Notes under the pieces: generated by a model
Seen by the model: the letters and a program-made list of their open reading frames with translations, nothing else
What the model was told of the DNA's origin: nothing
Databases searched by the model: none
Translations under genes and position numbers: made by a program
Assembly (NCBI RefSeq): GCF_018350175.1
Contig: NC_058368.1
Location: forward strand, 55,120,001-55,184,000
Length of the DNA stretch: 64,000 nucleotides
Direction: 5' to 3'
Origin: Felis catus
Lineage: Eukaryota
Shown here: piece after piece, positions 36,983-49,040 of the stretch
Layout of the letters: each line of letters begins with the position of its first letter
Numbering within the stretch: position 1 is the stretch's first letter

Positions 36983-39442
36983 ATTTACAAAATTATAGCT
37001 ACCTGAGATTCAAATGAAATAGTATGCAAACCTTTCTTAAAATATTACATTCTGTCAGGTAAGTAAATATTTACAGATGTTGTATTTCAAGGCATTTTTA
37101 TAATAACAGAAATGTGAAATCATAGGCATTTGGACACTATTTTACGTACCACACTTCTCAAAGAAGAAAATAGATTTGTATAATGCATAGTTTTGCAGTT
37201 TGTTTTACTAACATAGAACCATCTTTTACATTGCAATATTTCACAATTCTGTCTTCTTAAAATTATTTGTTTAGGCAGTTAAATTTTGGCTTGACATTTC
37301 AAAATCCCTGATACATATTGCAAAGTTATAGAAAGTCATAATAGAGACAATTAACATCTTGGTTCATCTCTCCTATGGTAGTACCCGGTCCTTTGTTATA
37401 GGCTATAATTTACCTGTCCTTCAACACAATTTACAGGTTTCTCAGAACAGTAGTACTCTAAAATAATAGGTTCTTGTAATACTTTACAGTTACATCTGAA
37501 CTTCAGAAATTTTACACGTTGCTTTGCTTCTTTAGAGTATTTTCTTTTTTGTCGGCATATCTTATTTTTTTAAAAACATGTTTCACATTTCTCTTTGTGG
37601 GGACTATGTTGCCCCTTCTTTCAGATTCTGCGTGCTTCCACTTCCTCCCAACCCCACCCTGGCCTAAAGCAATGACTCAAATATACCCAGAACTTAATAA
37701 ATGTTTCATTGACTTGAGCATTCCCAGCAATGTTTTTATATTTGCCACAAACTATGTAGCTTCCAGCCTGAGAGTTTATATACATTTGAGAAAAAAATTA
37801 TTGACTTTAAAATAACCTCACCCTTCACAAATCATTTAAATAATGAGGTTTCTTAAAGACTATTAATCAAACTATACGGAGAAGTCATAAATATTGATGA
37901 ATTGTTTAATACTGTTGTTGTTAATGACTGCTCATTTTATATAAGAATTCAATCTTTTTTTTCCTACGTATCATTTGGTAAAGCTCTTTACTGACTGAAC
38001 AGAATGGGAATGATTATCAATTCTTTTCTTGCTTTGATGTACAGTCTGTGCCTGAAGGAAGATAAACTAAAGCATACATATATCCTCAAAGTTGTGATGC
38101 TTGTTCAGAAACGATATGAATTTGAAAGATTATGCAGATAACATCATTCAAATAGCATGGCTTCCTATTTCCTGATTTTTTTTTGCATTAGTAAGTCTTT
38201 GTAAATTCTATAAACTCTCGAATTGTCCACAATTATTCACCAGCTATGCATGAATACCCATGTATCCAGGCTGAATACTGTAATTATCAGGACTGATTTT
38301 TATTGTGAAGTTATAACCACTTCATCTCTTTCAAATGTGAATCAGACTTAGAAGAATGTTACGTGCTTTGTAAATGGTAATTAGGTAAATATGTGAAAAA
38401 AAAGAATGACTTTAAAGGGGAAACTGTAATGGTTTTCTGACTTAACAAATTAGAAGGGTGGCTGATTACAACTGAATATTTATTGAAGATGTCTTTTTAA
38501 AAAAATCAAATATTTTAAGAGTCTTCATTGCTTCCTGAGTCAAAATTGGATCGCTTGACTTGTAAAAGTCAAGGTTTTAACCTCTTCCCATCTTAGACTT
38601 AAGTACTTTCATATGCGATATATAGATACAGATTTAAATCTGTGCTTGAAAAGTAAAAGATGCAAATGAGCACAGGGTAGCTAAATTAACATGGAGCAGA
38701 AGCTATATAAGAAGATTTGAGAAGTAGGCATAAGGCAAAAAGGTTTTGGAAAGAAAGTGCTAATTCAAGTATAAAGATTCAATGCTTTCTTCTTTCTAAA
38801 CATTTTGTACATCATCCTACCATGTTCATCATGTCTGATAATTATGGTTTGTTTCTGATATTATAATATTTCTCCATAAAGTAAATAGCTTTACTACTGG
38901 CATAAATAAAGTTATAGTACCTTAAAGATTACAGTTTGTTGGGATTATCTTCCTAGAGATCTTATGTATCAAAAATCAATCAGTATAAGACAGTTAAGCA
39001 ATAAACATCAATTTATCTACCATATACATAAATCTGACTTTCAAGGAATCCTAACTGAAGTTACCTTACCCAGTTAAATGCCCGAATTATAGACACTTTC
39101 CCAGAGTAGCTACGTCTGTTGTTGGACTAGGTCACATTGACAGTCTTAAAACAAAACAAACAAAAAACAGGTTATAAATGTATGGAAAATAAAGAAACAA
39201 ACAAAAACTAGTGTCTTACTTACAGAAATTTTCAAAAGTGATATCTTGCATTTTTATTGTAGTAATATTTCCCTGAATTTTTACCCTATCAACATGAAAG
39301 ATCTTATGGGGATTATCCAAATATAAACTCATTCTAATGAAAGGTGATTTTACTACTGAGGAAGAGACATTTACCTGGTTCAACTAAGCAACTTACACAT
39401 ACTTAGTTCCATCATGTTTTTATTTTTTACAAAGATATTTAA

Positions 39443-39645
39443 GGGCACCCGGGTGGCTCATTGGTTAAACGTCAACTCTTGGTTTCAGCTCAGGTCATGA
39501 TTTCAGGGTTAGTGAGTTCGAAACCTGGGGGTAGGGCTCCACACTGACAGGATTCTCTCTCTCCCTCTCTCTGCCACTCCCCTGCTCTCTTGCTCTCTCT
39601 CCCTGTTCTCTCCAAATAAATATAATAAACTTAAAAAAAAATTTA
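39443..39645 (+). mobile_element. CAN-SINE
   Basis: gggcacccgggtggctca head. TSD aaagat(at/gc)tta. Confidence 0.93.
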
Positions 39646-42600
39646 AAAGATGCTTAGTCAACATCCTTCAATTTATCTAATATGTAATTATGAACTTAAA
39701 TTCTTCCAAATTCTAGAGAATCTAATCACATTTAGGAAGTAATGTAAATGGATCTGTTAGAATAAAAGTTGGAGATGAAGACATCATTAAAAAGTCTGAT
39801 TTTACAAGGAAATAGAGCATTCAAAATTCAACCTCATGAAGTCATGGTGTGGGTGGTGGCTATTTCAGTTTGGTTTAGTGAAATAAAATGGAGGTAGCAT
39901 TCTACATAAAGTATAACATCAACTATACTTTAAATATATAGGGTCAATTTATGTATAATGTGAAATTCAATTTTTATCTTTTACCTTTTTGCGATGTGGG
40001 TTTTTTTTTTTTTTTCTGAATGGTTAAGAAGGATATTTATTTGTTTGGCTTTGTCACTTATATACATAACCAGCATATTTTTTTCCCTCTGGCTTTCTAT
40101 CCCGACTTCAAGTGTTCAATTTTGTGATGTTTCTGACAGAGGCAGTGGTGACCAGTGTGCTCCAGACCTTGTCCTTTGTGCTGCTGCCTCTGGGCCATGG
40201 AGTCCCAGCAAACACCTCATACAGGTCTGCTTGCTTTGGATTGTTTCTTCACAAAGGGGGAAATGTGTTTCTCCCCTTCTCATTTACCTTTTCCAATGTT
40301 TCATTTCACTAATCTCTCTTCTTTTCTTAACAGCTTTACTTCCTTCATTGTTGTTTTTTTCTTTAATTTTACTTTATTTCTAATTGCCTCATCTTGAATG
40401 AGCTTCCAGTGTCTAAAATTAGAATTCTTCAGAATCCTAAGAAGATCTAAGGAGACATTAAATGTGTTCCATTTTCCAAAAGACAAATCTGGAACATTTA
40501 AATTGTTTACTAAAGGTCATATAATACTAGGATTCAAAGTTCTTTACCATTGGGACATTTTATCTAAGGAATGATTGGGATTATATACATCACACTACCT
40601 TTCAATCAGAAATTTATCAAGGAAAACCTGCCTTATAGTATGACCTTTGGCTTTTATAATTCAGATTGAAAGAATGCTTGCTCATTTTGCCACTGAGCAC
40701 ATTAGCATCCTGTATCTTCACAAGGTTAATTTAATGGACTGCTATGCATATTGATGAATACTTCTGTGTTTTCTCAAAGTCACCAAATTAGAATTTCTGA
40801 ATGTTCATTAGCCACATATGCAATAGGAGTAGTCTAAAGTCAATGAATTTCTGTTATGCCCTTTCTAAAACTGATATTAAAATTGCATATGCAAATTTAA
40901 GTTCAAATTGTTGTGATAAAAGTAGACATGTAAGTAAAAAAAACTCATTATTTTCATTTTTCAAAGTTACTAAGTTCATTAGTGGTTATTTATTGGGTTA
41001 AGACATTGAATCAGAAAATGGGCCTCTGTCTTTCTCTGAGTATTCAAGTTTAGAAATGCCTTACTTAAAATGCAAGAAATTTCCAGTAAGTTTCCAGGCT
41101 GCAGAGATACATTATTTATGTTAACAAACTGGAAAGAGTTCATTTGCTTTAATATTTATAAGGGAGATCAATGAGACATACAATGCAGTATTACTAAGCT
41201 CTAAAACCACTACAAAACATAGATTCAATTAATGTAATGTTAACCAAAGAATACACTCAGCAATTCATAAATAAATAATTATAATAAATGTCCAGATTTT
41301 TAAGACTCTTTGGAATACCCTACTGAAGCCAGCCATTAAGCAATGTATTCTGCTACCTAAATCCATTAAAAAATGTAATTTTAAGGAAAATTACATGCAG
41401 TCTTGCTCAGAGCAGATTACATATTTTAAAGCTATATTGGTTTTTAAGCCTTTGAAGATAATAAGGAGGTTCATTAAGCTATTACATTTGAGTTGCTTGA
41501 AATATTGAATAACCTCAGAATGACCCAATTCTAAAAGGTTTAATTGGCATGAGCTATGCCATGCCTTTTAAATAAAATATTTTGTAAGGTATTCATAAAA
41601 ACACTAATTATCAAAGCATGTTTACAATAGATAAATAAAAGTGAAAAATTGCACTGGTAAACAATTTGAGAATAAAAATATTTGTAAATAAAATATCTGA
41701 ATCGAATTTAAAGGCTAGGGCATTTGGAAATACAAAAAACACAATATATTTCTTTCATATAAAACTTTAATATGGGCCAGAAAAAATAATTTTGTTTTTT
41801 TCCCTTCAGTACAAGATGTGATTTAGGAGTATATTAAACATTAATCAGCAATTAATAAGAATTTTGAAAAAAAATTCAAAGGAAGTGAAAGGACTTTTTC
41901 TTAAAATATTTATTTTAAATATGATATAGGAATAGCACTATGATCAACATTATTCAAATCTGCATGTAATGACTTGCAAAGCAGGGAGACTGAAATCTAG
42001 CGATTCAGTTCGAATGCCCTACAGCTATCTAATCAAGCACAAGAGTTGCCAATCAGCATCACTTCACAATTGACATACGTTTTAATTTCATTTATTAAAA
42101 AACTGTATTAAAGCATTGCAAATGAATCAGTTCATATATTAAAGTGCATGTATCAGTCAGCTCAAGGGACTTTTAAGCTTTATCAAATACTTTGATCTTG
42201 ATCATATTGAAATTCCTTCCAGCAGTTTATGAAATGTTCATGAATTCTTGGATGAAGACTAACATAAGTTTTTAGAGTTAACTTATATTTGGGAATTCTT
42301 TGTACAGTTGATATCAATAGGTTTTCGCAAAAAACATTATGACTAATTTTTTAATTACCATGTAAAATGTTTAGTATTACAATAAAGTATAATATTCAGA
42401 TGAGAGTCACCACATTTTAAAAATGTAGTAATAAATGTTGTGTATACCCTTCCATATTGATTGGATCCTTGCAAGTTATTTCTTTCCCTGAAACTTTGAA
42501 TTTGTAGGATAGAGAACGCATGGTTTCTTTTGACTATAAAATAGTGTCATATTAGAAATTAGGTGTTCTGTTGCTGTTGATAATTTGTACTGGTTCTTTT

Positions 42601-43580
42601 TTTTTTTTTTTTTTTTTTTTACTGGTTCTAAATTATCCCAAGTGATGAAATTATTTTCATTGGTTTACTGACTTAGAAAAGCTCAATTGATAGTTAGCTC
42701 AAATCATGAAGCAAATTGCTTTTGATTTTTGAGATGTTGAATAATTCAACATATTTTCTTAGTAAAAAGAACACTGATAGAAATAAAGGAAGCAGCTATG
42801 CACTAGAGACAGTTTTAAACACACAGTCTCCAAAAATGAAGACATTTGTATGCCTCTGATAGCACTGATTAAGTGGCCCATCTCTGTTCCAGTTGGGGTA
42901 CATAAAATGAATGTAAGTGCTGTTAACATATGAAAATTCACTTGTGCTGGTAATGATTGAAAGAAAAAGAAAAACACAGAACACTTAACATTTTTTGAAA
43001 AAAGAATTCACTGAAGAAGGTTTGTTTCTATCTTCATTCAACTGCCCTCTTCATCAGCCATTCCTACATTCCAGAAGGCTATATACTTGACACATCTATT
43101 ATCTCTTACTATCAGATGCCAGGGAGACTCTGTATATTCAAAGCTTACATGTTGCATTATAAAGCAATAATATTTACTATTTATTTGTTGTTGTGGATTT
43201 GGATCTATATCATGGCTTCACAACCATATGACTAACAATACTTTGTTTGGCATGGGGAAAAACACACTGCAATTCTTGCAATTTCTATCACGAGAAAAAA
43301 GGGCAGGTAACACACATTTGTTAAAATAAAAAAGTTTAGTGAAAACTGTTTTATTTAGTTTTTTGGTTCTTTGAAAGTTGATTTGAGGTCTTCTGCAATT
43401 AGAATAATTTATATATTTTGAAGTTTGATCAAGTCAGAAGGAAAAAAAAATCTTCAGTCTGAATCTAGCAAGTAAGAATGCCTAGTCAATAAAAATTAGA
43501 AGAAAAACACAACCATAATAAAACCAAAAATAAGACGAAATTCTGAAAATAATGGAATACATAAAAATTTCTAGGACACA

Positions 43581-43785
43581 GGGGTGACTATGTGACTCAG
43601 TTGATTAAGCATCTGACTCTTAATTTGGGCTCAGGTCATGACCTCACGGTCATGGGATAGAGCCCCATGTCGGGCTCTGCACTGAGCATCAAGCCTGGTT
43701 GGGATTCTCTCTCTCCCTCTCTCTTCCCCTCCTCTGTTCCTGTTCTTGCTCTCTCTCTCTCTCAAAATAAATTTAAAAACCTACA
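43581..43785 (+). mobile_element. CAN-SINE
   Basis: Diverged head, 'gctcaggtcatgacctcacgg'. TSD ends in aggacaca. Confidence 0.93.
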
Positions 43786-44709
43786 AAAAATCCAGGACAC
43801 AATGTAATTCACACAGTACAGGAAACTTGGGGATTACACAAATATTTTCTTACTTTATGAAACCAGCTTAATATAAGAGCTATAATGTCACTTACCAGAC
43901 ACAGCTCCTCTTAGCAATGAAATACCTTGATACATTTCTCAAGTTGATGTTCTTATATAAGACAACATTTATTTAAAATTACAGAGGTACTAACAAATAA
44001 CGTGTTGGTCTAACTCATTCAATTATTGTGCAGTCTATTTTTAAAGGGGATATAGGATTTATTCACAAACATGTGTGCACATCCACCACTGTGTAGAAAA
44101 TCAGGAGTCATCATAATGATAATATTGATGATTAAGAAGTCAGTTGATAATATCAGCTGACAATTGATAATATAATTTATCTATTCAGAAATATTTCCCA
44201 TGAGTCATGGGACAGAACTCTGGGGATAAATTGTTTATCTCAGCCTTCTGTACAATGCAAAACTGACTGATATAATGAAATTTGACCCCCGTGTAAGCTA
44301 CTTCTATAGACAAACTCTATCACATGGTTGGCAATCTGAAGTGAAATACAATCAATTTCTTCAATTCAAAAAATAGAATGACAGCTTTTCTATCTTCTTG
44401 TTTGGACTAGAAACCATACATGGCTCATTTGCCAGGGGACATGATGTTGAGCTAACTGCTTTTGAGTCCCCGCCAAAAGCTCCATTTTCAAGATTATATT
44501 TGGTAGTCAGTGGACCGTGGTAAAAATTCATTGTTGTAGGTTTTAAGCTATTTTCTTTATATTTTAAATTTGATTACCAAGGACATACCTGCTTTCTAGA
44601 GAAAGTTTAAAACTCTTCTAAAAAACAAATCCAAACCTATCATGATCTGATATAGAATTTTTTTTAATTGCTGCACATTTAAAATAGAAATATCTTCGCT
44701 TCCTCACTA

Positions 44710-45078
44710 AAGTCAGCTGGGGCATCCTGGCCCTGTGCTCTCCCACTGCTTTGGCAGATGCTTGCAGTCCACAACAGGGGACACCTATTGATCACATGGC
44801 TCTGGTGGTCGGGTTGGGGGTGCATTTCTGGGTCCTAAGGGACTGAAACAGAGAGACTGTTCTTGGCAGGCTACTATCCCCAGGGCACTGCATAGCTTGC
44901 AGACTGAAACATATCCCTAGTCTTTCCGGAAAAAAAAGGCCTATTTACTCTTTGGAGCATCTAGAGGCTATGGAGGTGTTCTCAGAGAACACAGATGAAG
45001 GCTGTCATCTTTGTTTTCTCCCTTGGTTTCACTATTGCTCACGGGTACCCTCCCGAAAGGAGCTTATCTGAAGCCCAA
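44710..45078 (+). mobile_element. L1 5'UTR-type fragment fused to the downstream L1 3' end
   Basis: 'caggggacacct...tggctctggtgg...gagagactgttcttggcaggctac...cagggcactgca...cagactgaaaca...aggcctattt' resembles the L1MA9-era 5' region. Confidence 0.65.
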
Positions 45079-46410
45079 TCATGTATCTGATAAGGGGCTA
45101 ATATCCCAAATACACAAAGAACTCATATAAGTCACCAGCAAAATACAAACAATCCAAATGAAAATTGAGCAGAGGATCTGAAAGATAGTTTTTCAAAGAA
45201 GACATACAGATGGCCAACAGGCAAGTGAAAAGATGCTCAACATCACTAATCATTAGGGAAATGCACATCAAAACCACAATGAGATATCACCTCACAGCTG
45301 TTAAAATGGCTATTATCAAAAAGAAAAGAAATAACAAGTATGGGCAAGGATGTGGAGAAAATGGAAAGCTCATACAGTGTTAGTGGAATATAAATTGTTG
45401 CAGTCACTGTGGAAAACAGTATCGAGGTTCCTGAAAAACATTTACAGGAGAACTGTCATATGATCTAGCAATTCCACTTCTGAGTATTTAGCCAAAGAAA
45501 ACAAAAACACTAATTTGAAAAGATATATGCACTCTTATGCTCATTGCAACATTATTTATAATATCCAAGACACGGAAACAACCTAAGTGTCCTCTGATAG
45601 ATGAATGGATAAAGAAGATGTGGTAAATATATACAGTGGAATACTACTCAGCCGCAAAAAGAATGAAATCTTGCCATTTGTGAACACATGTGGACCTTGA
45701 GGATATTATGCTAAGGAAATATGTCAGGCAGAGAAAGACAAGTACCATATGATTTCACTTATATGTGGACTCTAAAAAACAAAACAAACTAATAAGACAT
45801 AACCAAAATCATATTCAAAGATGCAGAGAACAGAGTGGTGGTTGCTGGGGCTGGGGTGAGGGGTTTGGGGTGCTTTTGCAAAATGAGTCAAGGGGATCAA
45901 GAGGTATAGACTTTCGATTATAAAATAAATAAGTCATGGGGATGTAATGTACAGCCTGGTGACTATAGTCAATAATATTATATTACATATTTAAAACTAG
46001 CTAAGAGAGTAAATCGTAAAAGCTCTTCTTCCCACAAGAAAAATGTTTTTATAACTTTGATGCTAGATGGTAACTACACTTATTGGTGATGATTTTTCAG
46101 TGTATACAAATATTGAATCATGTGGGGGTGCCTGGGTGGCTCAGTCAGGTAACCATCTGACTTTGGCTCAGGTAATCTCACAGTTCATGGGTTCAAGCCC
46201 CATGTTGGTCTCTGTGGTGACAGATCAGAACCTAGAGCCTGCTTCAGATTCTGTGTCACCCTCTCTCTGCCCCTCTCCTGCTCATGCTCTCTCTCTCTCT
46301 CTCTCTCTCAAAAATAAATAAACATTAAAAAAATAATAATTTAAAAATACTGAATCATGTTGTACACCTGAAACTTATACATCTCAACTTTACCTCAATA
46401 AAAAAAAAAT
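45079..46410 (+). mobile_element. L1MA9-like ORF2 C-terminus and 3'UTR with A tail
   Basis: 'catgtatctgataaggggctaatatcc', 'aaaccacaatgagatatcacctcaca', 'gtcatggggatgtaatgtacagc', 'tgttgtacacctgaaact...cctcaataaaaaaaaaa'. Confidence 0.92.
46124..46344 (+). mobile_element. CAN-SINE inserted in L1 3'UTR
   Basis: TSD aaata(t/c)tgaatcatgt at 46108-46123 and 46345-46360. Confidence 0.96.
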
Positions 46411-47089
46411 AGCTTTAGCTTCACTCTTAAGGATGTAGTCTATTGTCAGATACAATGACCCTGAGAAAAGGATTCATATGATACGTTCCTCTTAATACTA
46501 GTATTAGTCCAATTTTTTCCTCTAAAAAGACTTATAGGATTAACTACAAGAAGCTAACAGGAATTTTTCTATTTATTATTTTCTGCCGTATGCAGGACTC
46601 CAGTAAATCTCCAAGTTAAATATAATATTCAATTGCACTAACAAGATTATCTTCGGTTGCTGCTCATACAACTATCGTGACTTTCTTGGTGCTGTTGTCT
46701 TTCTATAAATCTAACTTCCCAAATATACAAAGATATAAAGATACACAGCTATACATAAATACAGATAGGAAGACACTATTTTAATGACTAGGTAAACGCA
46801 TAATATAAGGAATAATATAAGTTACTGTGCTCTTCCAAAAATAATTAATGAAAAATAAAAATTTCCCCATAGAACTCAGAATATGTTGCCTCAGCATCTT
46901 AGCAATTCAGAAAAGATATTATGAAGGGGTCATTTTCAAGCTGTGTTCCGAAAGCACTTAGGGCATTTTAAAATAAATTGCAGTCCAATATTGCTGACAT
47001 TCAGGATGAAAGGGGAATGGGGAGAATTTAAAGTGAGGGAGATAAGAAAGGATAATCTGTCATGGGCCACTGCTTGAAAAGCTTTATAT

Positions 47090-47530
47090 GGGAAGATACA
47101 GGGCAAACTGCTGCCCCCAAGATTGGAGAAACAGACAGGAGAATCCGGGGGTTTCATCTTACCAGAGCAGACTCAGGAGTGGAAACCACTGCAGGAACCA
47201 GCACAGGAGAAAACCAGAGCTGTAACTGTCCTCCTGCTAGAGGAGGACAGTGAGGACAACTCAGAGTTGAAAACTCCAGGGGGACACAGTCTTAAGAAGA
47301 CTCCCACGGTACTGTGGGAATGACCTCCAGGAGCTCAACCAGATAGATTCCCAGAGTAAGACTCTGAGAGAAAAGTACCCCCTGCTTCCTGTATGTAGAG
47401 GAGAAAAGGAACCATTTTGAAATACAAAAGAGCTCTCGGTATTTAACAAGGTCTGCCCTCAGGAGAAACTAGTTAACTGGAATCTGACCTGTTGGGTAGT
47501 ACCAGAGCCTAAGTAACCTGGGAAGCAGGA
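47090..47530 (+). mobile_element. L1 (L1MC-type) 5' region fragment
   Basis: 'actgctgcccccaagattggag', 'gagttgaaaactccagggggac', 'gaaaaggaaccattttgaaata', 'ctgccctcaggagaaactagttaac'. Confidence 0.7.
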
Positions 47531-47671
47531 GGTATAAGGTAAATTATAAATATTAAAGTCTTCTAAAAAATATAGTATTTATAATGAAAACAACAATGAC
47601 CACCTGTATGTCACATTAGAAAATGTGTATTTTATTCTATAGATTAGTATGTAGAAGATACCATTTTTTCA

Positions 47672-47797
47672 GGAGCACCTGGGTGGCTCAGTTAGTAAGC
47701 ATCTGACTTCGACTCTGGCCGTGATCTCATGGTTTGTGAGTCTGAGCCCCTCCTTAGGCTCTGCACTGACAGTGTAGAGCCTGCTTGGGATTCTCTG

Positions 47798-47833
<36 letters not shown>

Positions 47834-47860
47834 AAAATTAATAAATAAACTTAAAAAAAC
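47672..47860 (+). mobile_element. CAN-SINE
   Basis: ggagcacctgggtggctcag head, (CT)n, A tail. Confidence 0.94.
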
Positions 47861-47949
47861 AGAAGACAATACTTTCTCAGAATACAAAAATATACTTCCT
47901 TGAGAAAGTCAAGCAATACAAAAGTTATATATTAATGAAAACTTTGGAT

Positions 47950-49040
47950 CCCACTTCCTACAAAATGGCAGATTAAAAAGTCTGAAAACCTTCAGTAGAA
48001 ATAAAGGTTTCGATGGGGAATATAATAAACATAAGTAAAATCAATTTGCATTCACAGGTATTTTTGATAAATCACAAGGTGAAAAGGAGTATGGATGATT
48101 CCACAGTGAAAAGCTAGTACTAAAGCCCAGGGTATGTTAAGTGCACATGGTGATACGGAGAATACAGAGCTTTGTGTGTGAAAAGCTGGCCAGGTTCAGA
48201 AGGCAAGGCACTAGACCTGCACAACATGTGCACTTGGAAATATGTCCTCCAGCTAAAGCTAGAATTTCATGGAGAACATGGGTTAGGCAAAGAAAATCAA
48301 CTGCAAGCAAAACAAAAACAAAAACAAAAAACACAGCAACTAAATATATTGATGATAAAAGAAAGTAAAAAGAAAGAAAGAAAATGAAGAAAGGAAAAAA
48401 GTAGAGAGTAAAGGAAGACAGGATAGAGGAAGGAAGAGAGAAGAGGAAAATAAAACTCCCTAGTATTTAGTAGCAGCACACCAATTATTCATGCAAAAAG
48501 CCATTCTAGGTTGATAGCAAGTAGTGTCTTACAGAAGTAAAGCAAAACTTTTGAAGAAAAAGATCCTTTGCACAAGTCCTTCAGTAATTTATATGAGTCA
48601 AAAAAAAAAAGGACCCAAACATAAAACCATTGTAAAACAACTGCAGAGAAAAGTCACCTGAGTAAAAAAAATTAGAAACTGAATCTTCAATACTCCCAAG
48701 AAATTTTGACAATGAAATTATGTTGTGATTATATAACTGCCATGTTTAAAGCATTTATAGAAATAAAGAAGCAATAGAAAATTATCAGAATGATCAGGCT
48801 AATCTGCAAAAGAACCACACATGAGAGGTTCACAGGGAAAACGTGCAATGGTGACTGGGATGGTCGGCACCTCTATTCCCACACGGATGTTCACAATGAA
48901 AACATATTCACAAGGAAATGTGACTGTTCACATGGAAATGTACATGGTGCAATGGTGGGAGCCAATGTTGATCATACCCCAGATCATACCCCAATGCTCC
49001 CGGAGTTGAAAAAAAAATTGAAATTTCAACCTCATCTGTA
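47950..49040 (+). mobile_element. Very old L1/HAL1-like 5'-ORF1 remnant
   Basis: A-rich ORF1-like text 'catgtttaaagcatttatagaaataaagaag...gatcaggctaatctgcaaaagaacca'. Weak. Confidence 0.4.

Noticed and set aside
39994..40397. Overlapping 129/66/80-aa hydrophobic ORFs
   Set aside because: T-rich composition suppresses stop codons. No recognisable domain, and the donor (gtctgc) is weak.
42759..42984. Minus-strand ORFs after a pyrimidine tract and cag
   Set aside because: No convincing donor and no recognisable peptide.
48828..48940. CRISPR-like or regularly spaced repeat array
   Set aside because: Units are only ~12 bp, irregularly spaced, and in a mammalian context with no associated genes.
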